A DNA stretch of 64,000 bases from Eledone cirrhosa (lineage: Eukaryota), in contig OZ024740.1 in assembly GCA_964016885.1 (NCBI GenBank), positions 3,348,001 through 3,412,000 of the forward strand. Direction: 5' to 3'. Position 1 is the first letter of the stretch, and each line of letters opens with the position of its first letter. The notes under the pieces are model-generated. The model worked only from the letters and a program-made list of their open reading frames with translations, searched no databases and was not told the DNA's origin. The position numbers and the translations under genes are program-made. This document shows, one piece after another, positions 40,201 to 55,200 of the stretch.

Positions 40201-43200
40201 TAGTGCTAAATAAACTATCACTGGTACTAGATGAACCATCACTGGTACTAAATAAACTATCACTGGTACTAAATAAACTATCACAGGTAGTAAATAAACT
40301 ATCACTGGTGCTAAATAAACCATCTCTAGTGCTAGATAAACTATCACTGGTACTAGATAAACCATCACTGGTACTAAATAAACTATCACTGGTAATAAAT
40401 AAACTATTACTAGTGCTAAATAAACCATCTCTAGTGCTAAATAAACTATCACTGGTATTAGATAAAGCATCACTGGTACTAAATAAACTATCATTGGTAC
40501 TAAATAAACTATCACTGGTGCTAAATAAACTATCACTGGTGCTAAATAAACTATCACTGGTACTAAATAAAGTATCACCGGTACTAAATAAAATATCATT
40601 GGTACTAAATAAACTATGACTGGTACTAAATAAACTATCACTGGTACTAAATAAACTATCACTGGTGCTAAATAAACCATCTCTAGTGCTACATAAACTA
40701 TCACTGGTACTAGATAAACCATCACTGGTACTAAATAAACTATCACTGGTAGTAAATAAACTATCACTGGTACCAAATAAACTATCACTGGTGCTAAATA
40801 AACCATCTCTAGTGCTAAATAAACTATCACTGGTACTAAATCAACTATCACCGGTACTAAATAAACTATCACTTGTACTAAATAAACTATCACTGGTACT
40901 AAATAAACTATCACTGGTGCTAAATAAACCATCACCGGTACTAAATAAACTATCACTGGTACTAAATAAACTATCACTGGTACTAAATAAACTATCACTT
41001 TGTGCTAAATAAACTATCACTGGTACTAAATAAACTATTACTGGTACTAAATAAACTATCACTGGTACTAAATAAACTATCACTTTGTGCTAAATAAACT
41101 ATCACTGGTACTAAATAAACTATCACTGGTACTAAATAAACTATCACTGGTGCTAAATAAACCATCACTTGTGCTTAATAAACTATTACTGGTGCTAAAT
41201 AAACTATTACTGGTACTAAATAAAGGATCACTTGTGCTAAATAAACCATCACTGGTGCTAAATAAACTATTACTGGTGCTAAATAAACTATCAATGGTGC
41301 TGAATAAACTATCACTGGTGCTAAATAAACTATCACCGGTATTAAATAAACTATCACTGGTACTAAATAAACTATCACTGGTACTAAATAAACTATCACT
41401 TTGTGCTAAATAAACTATCACTGGTACTAAATAAACTATTACTGGTGCTAAATAAACTATTACTGGTACTAAATAAACTATTACTGGTACTAAATAAACT
41501 ATTACTGGTACTAAATAAACGATCACTGGTACTAAATAAACTATCACTTTGTGCTAAATAAACTATCACTGGTACTAAATAAACTATCACTTTGTGCTAA
41601 ATAAACTATCACTGGTACTAAATAAACTATTACTGGTGCTAAATAAACTATTACTGGTGCTGAATAAACTATCACTGGTGCAAAATAAACCATCTCTAGT
41701 GCTAAATAAACTATCACTGGTGCTAAATAAACTATTACTGGTACTAAATAAACGATAACTGGTGCTAAATAACCCATCACTGGTGCTAAATAAACTATCA
41801 CTGGTGCTAAATAAAATATCACTGGTACTAAATAAACTATCACTGGTACTAAATAAACTATCACCGGTACTAAATAAACTATCACTGGTACTAAATAAAC
41901 TATCACTGGTACTAAATAAACTATCACCGGTACTAAATAAACTATCACTTGTACTAAATAAACTATCACTGGTACTAAATAAACTATCACTGGTGCTAAA
42001 TATACCATCACCGGTACTAAATAAACTATCACTGGTACTAAATAAACTATCACTGGTACTAAATAAACTATCACTTTGTGCTAAATAAACTATCACTGGT
42101 ACTAAATAAACTATTACTGGTACTAAATAAACTATCACTGGTACTAAATAAACTATCACTTTGTGCTAAATAAACTATCACTGGTACTAAATAAACTATC
42201 ACTGGTACTAAATAAACTATCACTGGTGCTAAATAAACTATCACTGGTGCTAAATAAACTATCACTGGTACTAAATAAACTATCACCGGTACTAAATAAA
42301 CTATCACTTGTACTAAATAAACTATCACTGGTACTAAATAAACTATCACTGGTGCTAAATAAACCATCACCGGTACTAAATAAACTATCACTGGTACTAA
42401 ATAAACTATCACTGGTACTAAATAAACTATCACTTTGTGCTAAATAAACTATCACTGGCACTAAATAAACTATTACTGGTACTAAATAAACTATCACTGG
42501 TACTAAATAAACTATCACTTTGTGCTAAATAAACTATCACTGGTACTAAATAAACTATCACTGGTACTAAATAAACTATCACTGGTGCTAAATAAACTAT
42601 CACTGGTACTAAATAAACTATCACCGGTACTAAATAAACTATCACTTGTACTAAATAAACTATTACTGGTGCTAAATAAACTATTACTGGTGCTAAATAA
42701 ACCATTACTGGTACTAAATAAACTATTACTGGTGCTAAAAAAACTATTACTGGTGCTAAATAAACTATTACTGGTACTAAATAAACGATAACTGGTGCTA
42801 AATAACCCATCACTGGTGCTAAATAAACTATCACTGGTGCTAAATAAAATATCACTGGTACTAAATAAACTATCACTGGTACTAAATAAACTATCACTGG
42901 TACTAAATAAACTATCACTGGTACTAAATAAACTATCACCGGTACTAAATAAACTATCACTGATACTAAATAAACTATCACTGGTACTAAATAAACTATC
43001 ACCGGTACTAAATAAACTATCACTTGTACTAAATAAACTATCACTGGTACTAAATAAACTATCACTGGTGCTAAATAAACCATCACCGGTACTAAATAAA
43101 CTATCACTGGTACTGAATAAACTATCACTGGTACTAAATAAACTATCACTTTGTGCTAAATAAACTATCACTGGTACTAAATAAACTATTACTGGTACTA

Positions 43201-46200
43201 AATAAACTATCACTGGTACTAAATAAACTATTACTTTGTGCTAAATAAACTATCACTGGTACTAAATAAACTATCACTGGTGCTAAATAAACTATCACTG
43301 GTACTAAATAAACTATCACTGGTGCTAAATAAACTAACACTGGTACTAAATAAACTATCACTGGTACTAAATAGACCATCACTGGTGATAAATAAACCAT
43401 CACTGGTACTAAATAAACTATCACTAGTGCTAAATAAAATATCACTGATGCTAAATGAAATATCACTGGTACTAAATAAACTATCACTGGTACTAAATAA
43501 ACTATCACTGGTGCTAAATAAACCATCACTGGTGTTTAATAAACTATCACTGGTGCTGAATAAACTATCACTGGTGCTAAATAAACCATCTCTAGTGCTA
43601 AATAAACTATCAACGGTACTAAATAAACTATCACTGGTACCAAATAAACTATCACTGGTACTAAATAAACTATCACTGGTACTAAATAAACTATCAATGG
43701 TACTAAATAAACTATCACTGGTGCTAAATAAACTATCACTGGTGCTAAATAAACTATCACTGGTACAAAATAAACTATCACTGGTGCTAAATAAACTATC
43801 ACTGGTGCTTAATAAACTATCACTGGTGCTAGATAAACCATCTCTAGTGCTAAGTAAACTATCACTGGTGCTAAATAAATCATCTCTAGTGCTACATAAA
43901 CTATCACCGGTACTAAATAAACTATCACTGGTACTAAATAAACTATCACTGGTACTAAATAAACTATCACTGGTACTAAATAAACTATCACTGGTACTAA
44001 ATAAACTATCACTGGTGCTAAATAAACTATCACTGGTGCTAAAGAAACTATCACTGGTACTAGATAAACTATCACTGGTGCTAAATAAACCATCTCTAGT
44101 GCTACAGAAACTATCACTGGTGCTAAATAAACTATCACTGGTGCTAAATAAACTATCACTAGTACTAAATAAACTATCACTGGTGCTAAATAAACCATCT
44201 CTAGTGCTAAATAAACTATCACTGGTGCTAAATAAACTATCTCTGGTACTATATATACTATCACTGGTGCTAAATAAATTATCACTGGTGCTAAATAAAC
44301 CATCTCTAATACTAAATAAACTATCACTGGTGCTAAATTACCATCTCTAGTGCTACATAAACTATCACTGGTACTAAATAAACTACCGCTGGTGCAACAT
44401 AAACTATCACTGGTGCTAAATAAACTATCACTGGTACTAAATAAACTATCACTGGTACTAAATAAACTATCACTGGTGCTAAATAAACTATCACTGGTAC
44501 TAAATAAACTATCACTGGTGCTAAATAAACTATCACTGGTACTAAATAAACTATCACTGGTGCTAAATAAACTAACACTGGTACTAAATAAACTATCACT
44601 GGTACTAAATAGACCATCACTGGTGATAAATAAACCATCACTGGTACTAAATAAACTATCACTAGTGCTAAATAAAATATCACTGATGCTAAATGAAATA
44701 TCACTGGTACTAAATAAACTATCACTGGTACTAAATAAACTATCACTGGTGCTAAATAAACCATCACTGGTGTTTAATAAACTATCACTGGTGCTGAATA
44801 AACTATCACTGGTGCTAAGTAAACCATCTCTAGTGCTAAATAAACTATCACCGGTACTAAATAAACTATCACTGGTACCAAATAAACTATCACTGGTACT
44901 AAATAAACTATCACTGGTACTAAATAAACTATCGCTGGTACTAAATAAACTATCACTGGTGCTAAATAAACTATCACTGGTACTAAATAAACTATCAATG
45001 GTACTAAATAAACTATCACTGGTGCTAAATAAACTATCACTGGTGCAAAATAAACTATCACTGGTACAAAATAAACTATCACTGGTGCTAAATAAACTAT
45101 CACTGGTGCTTAATAAACTATCACTGGTGCTAGATAAACCCTCTCTAGTGCTAAGTAAACTATCACTGGTGCTAAATAAATCATCTCTAGTGCTAAATAA
45201 ACTATCACCGGTACTAAATAAACTATCACTGGTACTAAATAAACTATCACTGGTACTAAATAAACTATCACTGGTACTAAATAAACTATCACTGGTACTA
45301 AATAAACTATCACTGGTGCTAAATAAACTATCACTGGTGCTAAAGAAACTATCACTGGTACTAGATAAACTATCACTGGTGCTAAATAAACCATCTCTAG
45401 TGCTACAGAAACTATCACTGGTGCTAAATAAACTATCACTGGTGCTAAATAAACTATCACTAGTACTAAATAAACTATCACTGGTGCTAAATAAACCATC
45501 TCTAGTGCTAAATAAACTATCACTGGTGCTAGATAAACTATCTCTGGTACTATATATACTATCACTGGTGCTAAATAAATTATCACTGGTGCTAAATAAA
45601 CCATCTCTAGTACTAAATAAACTATCACTGGTGCTAAATTAACCATCTCTAGTGCTACATAAACTATCACTGGTACTAAATAAACCACCGCTGGTGCAAC
45701 ATAAACTATCACTGGTGCTAGATAAACTATCACTGGTGCTAAATAAACTACCACAGGTGCTAAATAAACTATCACTGGTGCTAAATAAACTATCAGTAGT
45801 ACTAAATAAACTATCACTGGTGCTAAATTAACTATCACTGGTGCTAAATAAACTACCACTGGTGCTAAATAAACTATCACTGGTGCTAAATAAACTATTA
45901 CTGGTGCTGAATAAACTATCACTGGTGCTAAATAAACTATCACCGGTATTAAATAAACTATCACTGGTGCTAAATAAAATAACACTGATGCTAAATAAAA
46001 TATCACTGGTACTAAATAAACTATCACTGGTACTAAATAAACTATCACTGTACTAAATAAAGTATCACTGGTACTAAATAAATTATCACTGGTATTAAAT
46101 ACACTATCACTGGTACTAGATAAACTATCACTGGGGCTAAATAAACTATCACTGGTGCTAAATAAACTATCACTGGTACAAAATAAACTATCACTGGTAC

Positions 46201-49200
46201 TAAATAAAATATTACTGGTGCTAGATAAACTATCACTGGTGCTAAATAAACTATCACTGGTGCTAAATAAACTATCACTGGTACTAAATAAACCATCACT
46301 GGTGATAAATAAACCATCACTGGTACTAAGTAAACTATCACTGGTGCTGAATAAACTATCACTGGTACTAAATAAACTATCACTGGTACTAAATAAACCA
46401 TCAGTGGTACTAAATAAACTATCACTTGTACTAAATAAACCATCACTGGTGATAAATAAACCATCACTGGTACTAAGTAAACTATTACTGGTGCTAAATA
46501 ACTATCACTGGTGCTAAATAAACTATCACTGGTACTAAATAACCTATCACTGGTGTCAAATAAACCTTCTCTAGTGCTAAGTAAACTATCACTGGTGCTA
46601 AATAAAGTATCACTGGGACTAAATAAACTATCACTGTTACCAAATAAACTATCACTGGTGCTAAATAAACCATCTCTAGTGCTAAATAAACTATCACTGG
46701 TACTAAATAAACTATCACTAGTGCTAAATACAATATCACTGATGCTAAATAAAGTATCACTGGTACTAAATAAACTATCACTGGTACTAAATAAACTATC
46801 AGTGTACTAAATAAAGTATCTCTGGTACTAAATAAATTATCACTGGTATTAAATAAACTATCAATGGTACTAAATAAACTATCACTGGTGCTAAATAAAC
46901 TATCACTGGTACTAAATAAAATATAACTGGTGCTAAATAAACTATCACTAGTACTAAATAAACTATCACTGGTACTAAATAAACTATCACTGGTACTAAA
47001 TAAACTATCACTGGTACTAAATAAACTATCACTGGTACTAAATAAACTATCACTGGTGCTAAATAAACTATCACTGGTGCTAGAGAAACTATCACTGGTA
47101 CTAGATAAACTATCACTGGTGCTAAATAAACCATCTCTAGTGCTACAGAAACTATCACTGGTGCTAAATAAACTATCACTGGTGCTAAATAAACTATCAC
47201 TAGTACTAAATAAACTATCACTGGTGCTAAATAAACTATCTCTGGTACTATATATACTATCACTGGTGCTAAATAAATTATCACTGGTGCTAAATAAACC
47301 ATCTCTAGTACTAAATAAACTATCACTGGTGCTAAATTAACCATCTCTAGTGCTACATAAACTATCACTGGTACTAAATAAACTACCGCTGGTGCAACAT
47401 AAACTATCACTGGTGCTAAATAAACTATCACTGGTACTAAATAAACTATCACTGGTACTAAATAAACTATCACTGGTGCTAAATAAACTATCACTGGTAC
47501 TAAATAAACTATCACTGGTGCTAAATAAACTATCACTGGTACTAAATAAACTATCACTGGTGCTAAATAAACTAACACTGGTACTAAATAAACTATCACT
47601 GGTACTAAATAGACCATCACTGGTGATAAATAAACCATCACTGGTACTAAATAAACTATCACTAGTGCTAAATAAAATATCACTGATGCTAAATGAAATA
47701 TCACTGGTACTAAATAAACTATCACTGGTACTAAATAAACTATCACTGGTGCTAAATAAACCATCACTGGTGTTTAATAAACTATCACTGGTGCTGAATA
47801 AACTATCACTGGTGCTAAATAAACCATCTCTAGTGCTAAATAAACTATCACCGGTACTAAATAAACTATCACTGGTACCAAATAAACTATCACTGGTACT
47901 AAATAAACTATCACTGGTACTAAATAAACTATCGCTGGTACTAAATAAACTATCACTGGTGCTAAATAAACTATCACTGGTACAAAATAAACTATCACTG
48001 GTGCTAACTAAACTATCACTGGTGCTTAATAAACTATCACTGGTGCTAGATAAACCATCTCTAGTGCTAAGTGAACTATCACTGGTGCTAAATAAATCAT
48101 CTCTAGTGCTAAATAAACTATCACCGGTACTAAATAAACTATCACTGGTACTAAATAAACTATCACTGGTACTAAATATACTATCACTGGTACTAAATAA
48201 ACTATCACTGGTACTAAATAAACTATCACTGGTGCTAAATAAACTATCACTGGTGCTAAAGAAACTATCACTGGTACTAGATAAACTATCACTGGTGCTA
48301 AATAAACTATCACTGGTGCTAAATAAACTATCACTAGTACTAAATAAACTATCATTGGTGCTAAATAAACCATCTCTAGTGCTAAATAAACTATCACTGG
48401 TGCTAGATAAACTATCTCTGGTACTATATATACTATCACTGGTGCTAAATGAATTATCACTGGTGCTAAATAAACCATCTCTAGTACTAAATAAACTATC
48501 ACTGGTGCTAAATTAACCATCTCTAGTGCTACATAAACTATCACTGGTACTAAATAAACTACCGCTGGTGCAACATAAACTATCACTGGTGCTAAATAAA
48601 CTATCACTGGTGCTAAATAAACTATCACTGGTGCTAAATAAACTATCAGTAGTACTAAATAAACTATCACTGGTGCTAAATTAACTATCACTGGTGCTAA
48701 ATAAACTACCACTGGTGCTAAATAAACTATCACTGGTGCTAAATAAACTATTACTGGTGCTGAATAAACTATCACTGGTGCTAAATAAACTATCACCGGT
48801 ATTAAATAAACTATCACTGGTGCTAAATAAAATAACACTGATGCTAAATAAAATATCACTGGTACTAAATAAACTATCACTGGTACTAAATAAACTATCA
48901 CTGTACTAAATAAAGTATCACTGGTACTAAATAAATTATCACTGGTATTAAATAAACTATCACTGGTACTAGATAAACTATCACTGTTGCTAAATAAACT
49001 ATCACTGGTGCTAAATAAACTATCACTGGTACAAAATAAACTATCACTGGTACTAAATAAAATATTACTGGTGCTAAATAAACTATCACTGGTGCTAAAT
49101 AAACTATAACTGGTGCTAAATAAACTATCACTGGTACTAAATAAACCATCACTGGTGATAAATAAACCATCACTGGTACTAAGTAAACTATCACTGGTGC

Positions 49201-52200
49201 TGAATAAACTATCACTGGTACTAAATAAACTATCACTGGTACTAAATAAACCATCAGTGGTACTAAATAAACTATCACTGGTACTAAATAAACCATCACT
49301 GGTGATAAATAAACCATCACTGGTACTAAATAAACTATTACTGGTGCTAAATAACTATCACTGGTGCTAAATAAACTATCACTGGTACTAAATAACCTAT
49401 CACTGGTGTCAAATAAACCTTCTCTAGTGCTAAGTAAGCTATCACTGGTGCTGAAGAAATTATCACTGGGACTAAATAAACTATCACTGTTACCAAATAA
49501 ACTATCACTGGTGCTAAATAAACCATCTCTAGTGCTAAATAAACTATCACTGGTACTAAATAAACTATCACTAGTGCTAAATACAATATCACTGATGCTA
49601 AATAAAGTATCACTGGTACTAAATAAACTATCACTGGTACTAAATAAACTATCAGTGTACTAAATAAAGTATCTCTGGTACTAAATAAATTATCACTGGT
49701 ATTAAATAAACTATCACTGGTACTAAATAAACTATCACTGGTGCTAAATAAACTATCACTGGTACTAAATAAAATATAACTGGTGCTAAATAAACTATCA
49801 CTAGTACTAAATAAACTATCACTGGTACTAAATAAACTATCACTGGTGCTAAATAAACTATCACTGGTGCTAAATAAACCATCACTGGAGCTAAATAAAG
49901 TATCACTGGTACTAAATAAACTATCACTGGTGCTAAATAAACTATCACTGGTGCTAAATAAATCATCTCTAGTGCTAAATAAACTATCACCGGTACTAAA
50001 TAAGCTATCACTGGTACTAAATAAACTATCACTGGTACTAAATAAACTATCACTGGTACTAAATAAACTATCACTGGTACTAAATAAACTATCACTGGTG
50101 CTAAATAAACTATCACTGGTGCTAAATAAACTATCACTGGTACTAGAAAAACTATCACTGGTGCTAAATAAACCATCTCTAGTGCTACAGAAACTATCAC
50201 TGGTGCTAAATAAACTATCACTGGTGCTAAATAAACTATCACTAGTACTAAATAACTATCACTGGTGCTAAATTAACTATCACTGGTGCTAAATAAACCA
50301 TCTCTAGTGCTAAATAAACTATCACTGGTGCTAAATAAACTATCTCTGGTACTATATATACTATCACTGATGCTAAATAAACTATCACTGGTGCTAAATA
50401 AACTACCACAGGTGCTAAATAAACTATCACTGGTGCTAAATAAACTATCAGTAGTACTAAATAAACTATCACTGGTGCTAAATTAACTATCACTGGTTCT
50501 AAGTAAACCATCTCTAGTGCTAAATAAACTATCACTGGTGCTAAATAAACCATCTCTAGGGCTAAATAAACTATCACTAGTACTAAATAAACTATCACTG
50601 GTGCTAAATTAACTATCACTGGTGCTAAATAAAACATCTCTAGTGCTAAATAAACTATAACTGGTGCTAAATAAACTATCACTGGTACTATATAAACTAT
50701 CATTGCTGCTAAATAAATTATCACTGGTACTAAATAAACTATCACTGGTGCTAGATAAACCATCTCTAGTGCTAATTAAACTATCACTGGTGCTAAATAA
50801 ACTATCATTGGTACTAAATAAACTATCACTGGTGCTAAATAGAACATCGCTAGTGCTAAATAAACTATCACTGGTGCTAAATAAACTATCACTGGTACTA
50901 AATAGACCATCACTGGTGATAAATAAACCATCACTGGTACTAAATAAACTATCACTGGTGCTAAATAAACTATCACTGGTACTAAAGTAACCATCACTGG
51001 TACTAAATAAACTATCACTGGTGCTAAATAAACTATCACTGGTACTAAATAAACGATCACTGGTACTAAATAAACTATTACTGGTGCTAAATAAACTATT
51101 ACTGGTACTAAATAAACGATCACTGGTGCTAAATAAACCATCACTTGTGCTAAATAAACTATTACTGGTGCTAAATAAACTATTACTGGTACTAAATAAA
51201 GGATCACTGGTGCTAAATAAACCATCACTGGTGCTAAATAAACTATTACTGGTGCTAAATAAACTATTACTGGTGCTGAATAAACTATCACTGGTGCTAA
51301 ATAAACTATCACCGGTATTAAATAAACTATCAATGGTACTAAATAAACTATCACTGGTACTAAATAAACCATCACTGGTGATAAATAAACCATCACTGGT
51401 ACTAAATAAACTATTACTGGTGCTAAATAACTATCACTGGTGCTAAATAAACTATCACTGGTACTAAATAACCTATCACTGGTGTCAAATAAACCTTCTC
51501 TAGTGCTAAGTAAGCTATCACTGGTGCTGAAGAAATTATCACTGGGACTAAATAAACTATCACTGTTACCAAATAAACTATCACTGGTGCTAAATAAACC
51601 ATCTCTAGTGCTAAATAAACTATCACTGGTACTAAATAAACTATCACTAGTGCTAAATACAATATCACTGATGCTAAATAAAGTATCACTGGTACTAAAT
51701 AAACTATCACTGGTACTAAATAAACTATCAGTGTACTAAATAAAGTATCTCTGGTACTAAATAAATTATCACTGGTATTAAATAAACTATCACTGGTACT
51801 AAATAAACTATCACTGGTGCTAAATAAACTATCACTGGTACTAAATAAAATATAACTGGTGCTAAATAAACTATCACTAGTACTAAATAAACTATCACTG
51901 GTACTAAATAAACTATCACTGGTGCTAAATAAACTATCACTGGTGCTAAATAAACCATCACTGGAGCTAAATAAAGTATCACTGGTACTAAATAAACTAT
52001 CACTGGTGCTAAATAAACTATCACTGGTGCTAAATAAATCATCTCTAGTGCTAAATAAACTATCACCGGTACTAAATAAGCTATCACTGGTACTAAATAA
52101 ACTATCACTGGTACTAAATAAACTATCACTGGTACTAAATAAACTATCACTGGTACTAAATAAACTATCACTGGTGCTAAATAAACTATCACTGGTGCTA

Positions 52201-55200
52201 AATAAACTATCACTGGTACTAGAAAAACTATCACTGGTGCTAAATAAACCATCTCTAGTGCTACAGAAACTATCACTGGTGCTAAATAAACTATCACTGG
52301 TGCTAAATAAACTATCACTAGTACTAAATAACTATCACTGGTGCTAAATTAACTATCACTGGTGCTAAATAAACCATCTCTAGTGCTAAATAAACTATCA
52401 CTGGTGCTAAATAAACTATCTCTGGTACTATATATACTATCACTGATGCTAAATAAACTATCACTGGTGCTAAATAAACTACCACAGGTGCTAAATAAAC
52501 TATCACTGGTGCTAAATAAACTATCAGTAGTACTAAATAAACTATCACTGGTGCTAAATTAACTATCACTGGTTCTAAGTAAACCATCTCTAGTGCTAAA
52601 TAAACTATCACTGGTGCTAAATAAACCATCTCTAGGGCTAAATAAACTATCACTAGTACTAAATAAACTATCACTGGTGCTAAATTAACTATCACTGGTG
52701 CTAAATAAAACATCTCTAGTGCTAAATAAACTATAACTGGTGCTAAATAAACTATCACTGGTACTATATAAACTATCATTGCTGCTAAATAAATTATCAC
52801 TGGTACTAAATAAACTATCACTGGTGCTAGATAAACCATCTCTAGTGCTAATTAAACTATCACTGGTGCTAAATAAACTATCATTGGTACTAAATAAACT
52901 ATCACTGGTGCTAAATAGAACATCGCTAGTGCTAAATAAACTATCACTGGTGCTAAATAAACTATCACTGGTACTAAATAGACCATCACTGGTGATAAAT
53001 AAACCATCACTGGTACTAAATAAACTATCACTGGTGCTAAATAAACTATCACTGGTACTAAAGTAACCATCACTGGTACTAAATAAACTATCACTGGTGC
53101 TAAATAAACTATCACTGGTACTAAATAAACGATCACTGGTACTAAATAAACTATTACTGGTGCTAAATAAACTATTACTGGTACTAAATAAACGATCACT
53201 GGTGCTAAATAAACCATCACTTGTGCTAAATAAACTATTACTGGTGCTAAATAAACTATTACTGGTACTAAATAAAGGATCACTGGTGCTAAATAAACCA
53301 TCACTGGTGCTAAATAAACTATTACTGGTGCTAAAAAAAATATTACTGGTGCTGAATAAACTATCACTGGTGCTAAATAAACTATCACCGGTATTAAATA
53401 AACTATCAATGGTACTAAATAAACTATCACTGGTACTAAATAAACTATCACTTTGTGCTAAATAAACTATCACTGGTACTAAATAAACTATTACTGGTGC
53501 TAAATAAACTATTACTGGTACTAAATAAACTATTACTGGTACTAAATAAACTATTACTGGTACTAAATAAACGATCACTGGTACTAAATAAACTATCACT
53601 TTGTGCTAAATAAACTATCACTGGTACTAAATAAACTATCACTTTGTGCTAAATAAACTATCACTGGTACTAAATAAACTATTACTGGTGCTAAATAAAC
53701 TATTACTGGTGCTGAATAAACTATCACTGGTGCACAATAAACCATCTCTAGAGCTAAATAAACTATCACTGGTACTAAATAAACTATCACTGGTGCTAAA
53801 TAAACTATCACCGGTATTAAATAAACTATCACTGGTACTAAATAAACTATCACTGGTACTAAATAAACTATCACTTTGTGCTAAATAAACTATCACTGGT
53901 TCTAGATAAACTATTACTGGTGCTAAATAAACTATCACTGGTGCTAAATAAACTATTACTGGTGCTAAATAAACTATTACTGGTACTAAATAAACGATAA
54001 CTGGTGCTAAATAACCCATCACTGGTGCTAATTAAACTATCACTGGTGCTAAATAAAATATCACTGGTACTAAATAAACTATCACTGGTACTAAATAAAC
54101 TATCACTGGTACTAAATAAACTATCACTGGTACTAAATAAACTATCACCGGTACTAAATAAACTATCACTGGTACTAAATAAACTATCACTGGTACTAAA
54201 TCAACTATCACCGGTACTAAATAAACTATCACTTGTACTAAATAAACTATCACTGGTACTAAATAAACTATCACTGGTGCTAAATAAACCATCACTGGTA
54301 CTAAATAAACTATCACTGGTACTAAATAAACTATCACTGGTACTAAGTAAACTATCACTTTGTGCTAAATAAACTATCACTGGTACTAAATAAACTATTA
54401 CTGGTACTAAATAAACTATCACTGGTACTAAATAAACTATCACTTTGTGCTAAATAAACTATCACTGGTACTAAATAAACTATCACTGGTACTAAATAAA
54501 CTATCACTGGTGCTACATAAACCATCACTTGTGCTAAATAAACTATTACTAGTGCTAAATAAACTATTACTGGTACTAAATAAAGGATCACTTGTGCTAA
54601 ATAAACCATCACTGGTGCTAAATAAACTATTACTGGTGCTAAATAAACTATCACTGGTGCTGAATAAACTATCACTGGCGCTAAATAAACTATCACCGGT
54701 ATTAAATAAACTATCACTGGTACTAAATAAACTATCACTGGTACTAAATAAACTATCACTTTGTGCTAAATAAACTATCACTGGTACTAAATAAACTATT
54801 ACTGGTGCTAAATAAACTATTACTGGTACTAAATAAACTATTACTGGTACTAAATAAACTATTACTGGTACTAAATAAACGATCACTGGTACTAAATAAA
54901 CTATCACTTTGTGCTAAATAAACTATCACTGGTACTAAATAAACTATCACTTTGTGCTAAATACACTATCACTGGTACTAAATAAACTATTACTGGTGCT
55001 AAATAAACTATTACTGGTGCTGAATAAACTATCACTGGTGCAAAATAAACCATCTCTAGTGCTAAATAAACTATCACTGGTGCTAAATAAACTATTACTG
55101 GTACTAAATAAACTATTACTGGTGCTAAATAAACTATTACTGGTACTAAATAAACTATTACTGGTTCTAGATAAACTATTACTGGTGCTAAATAAACTAT

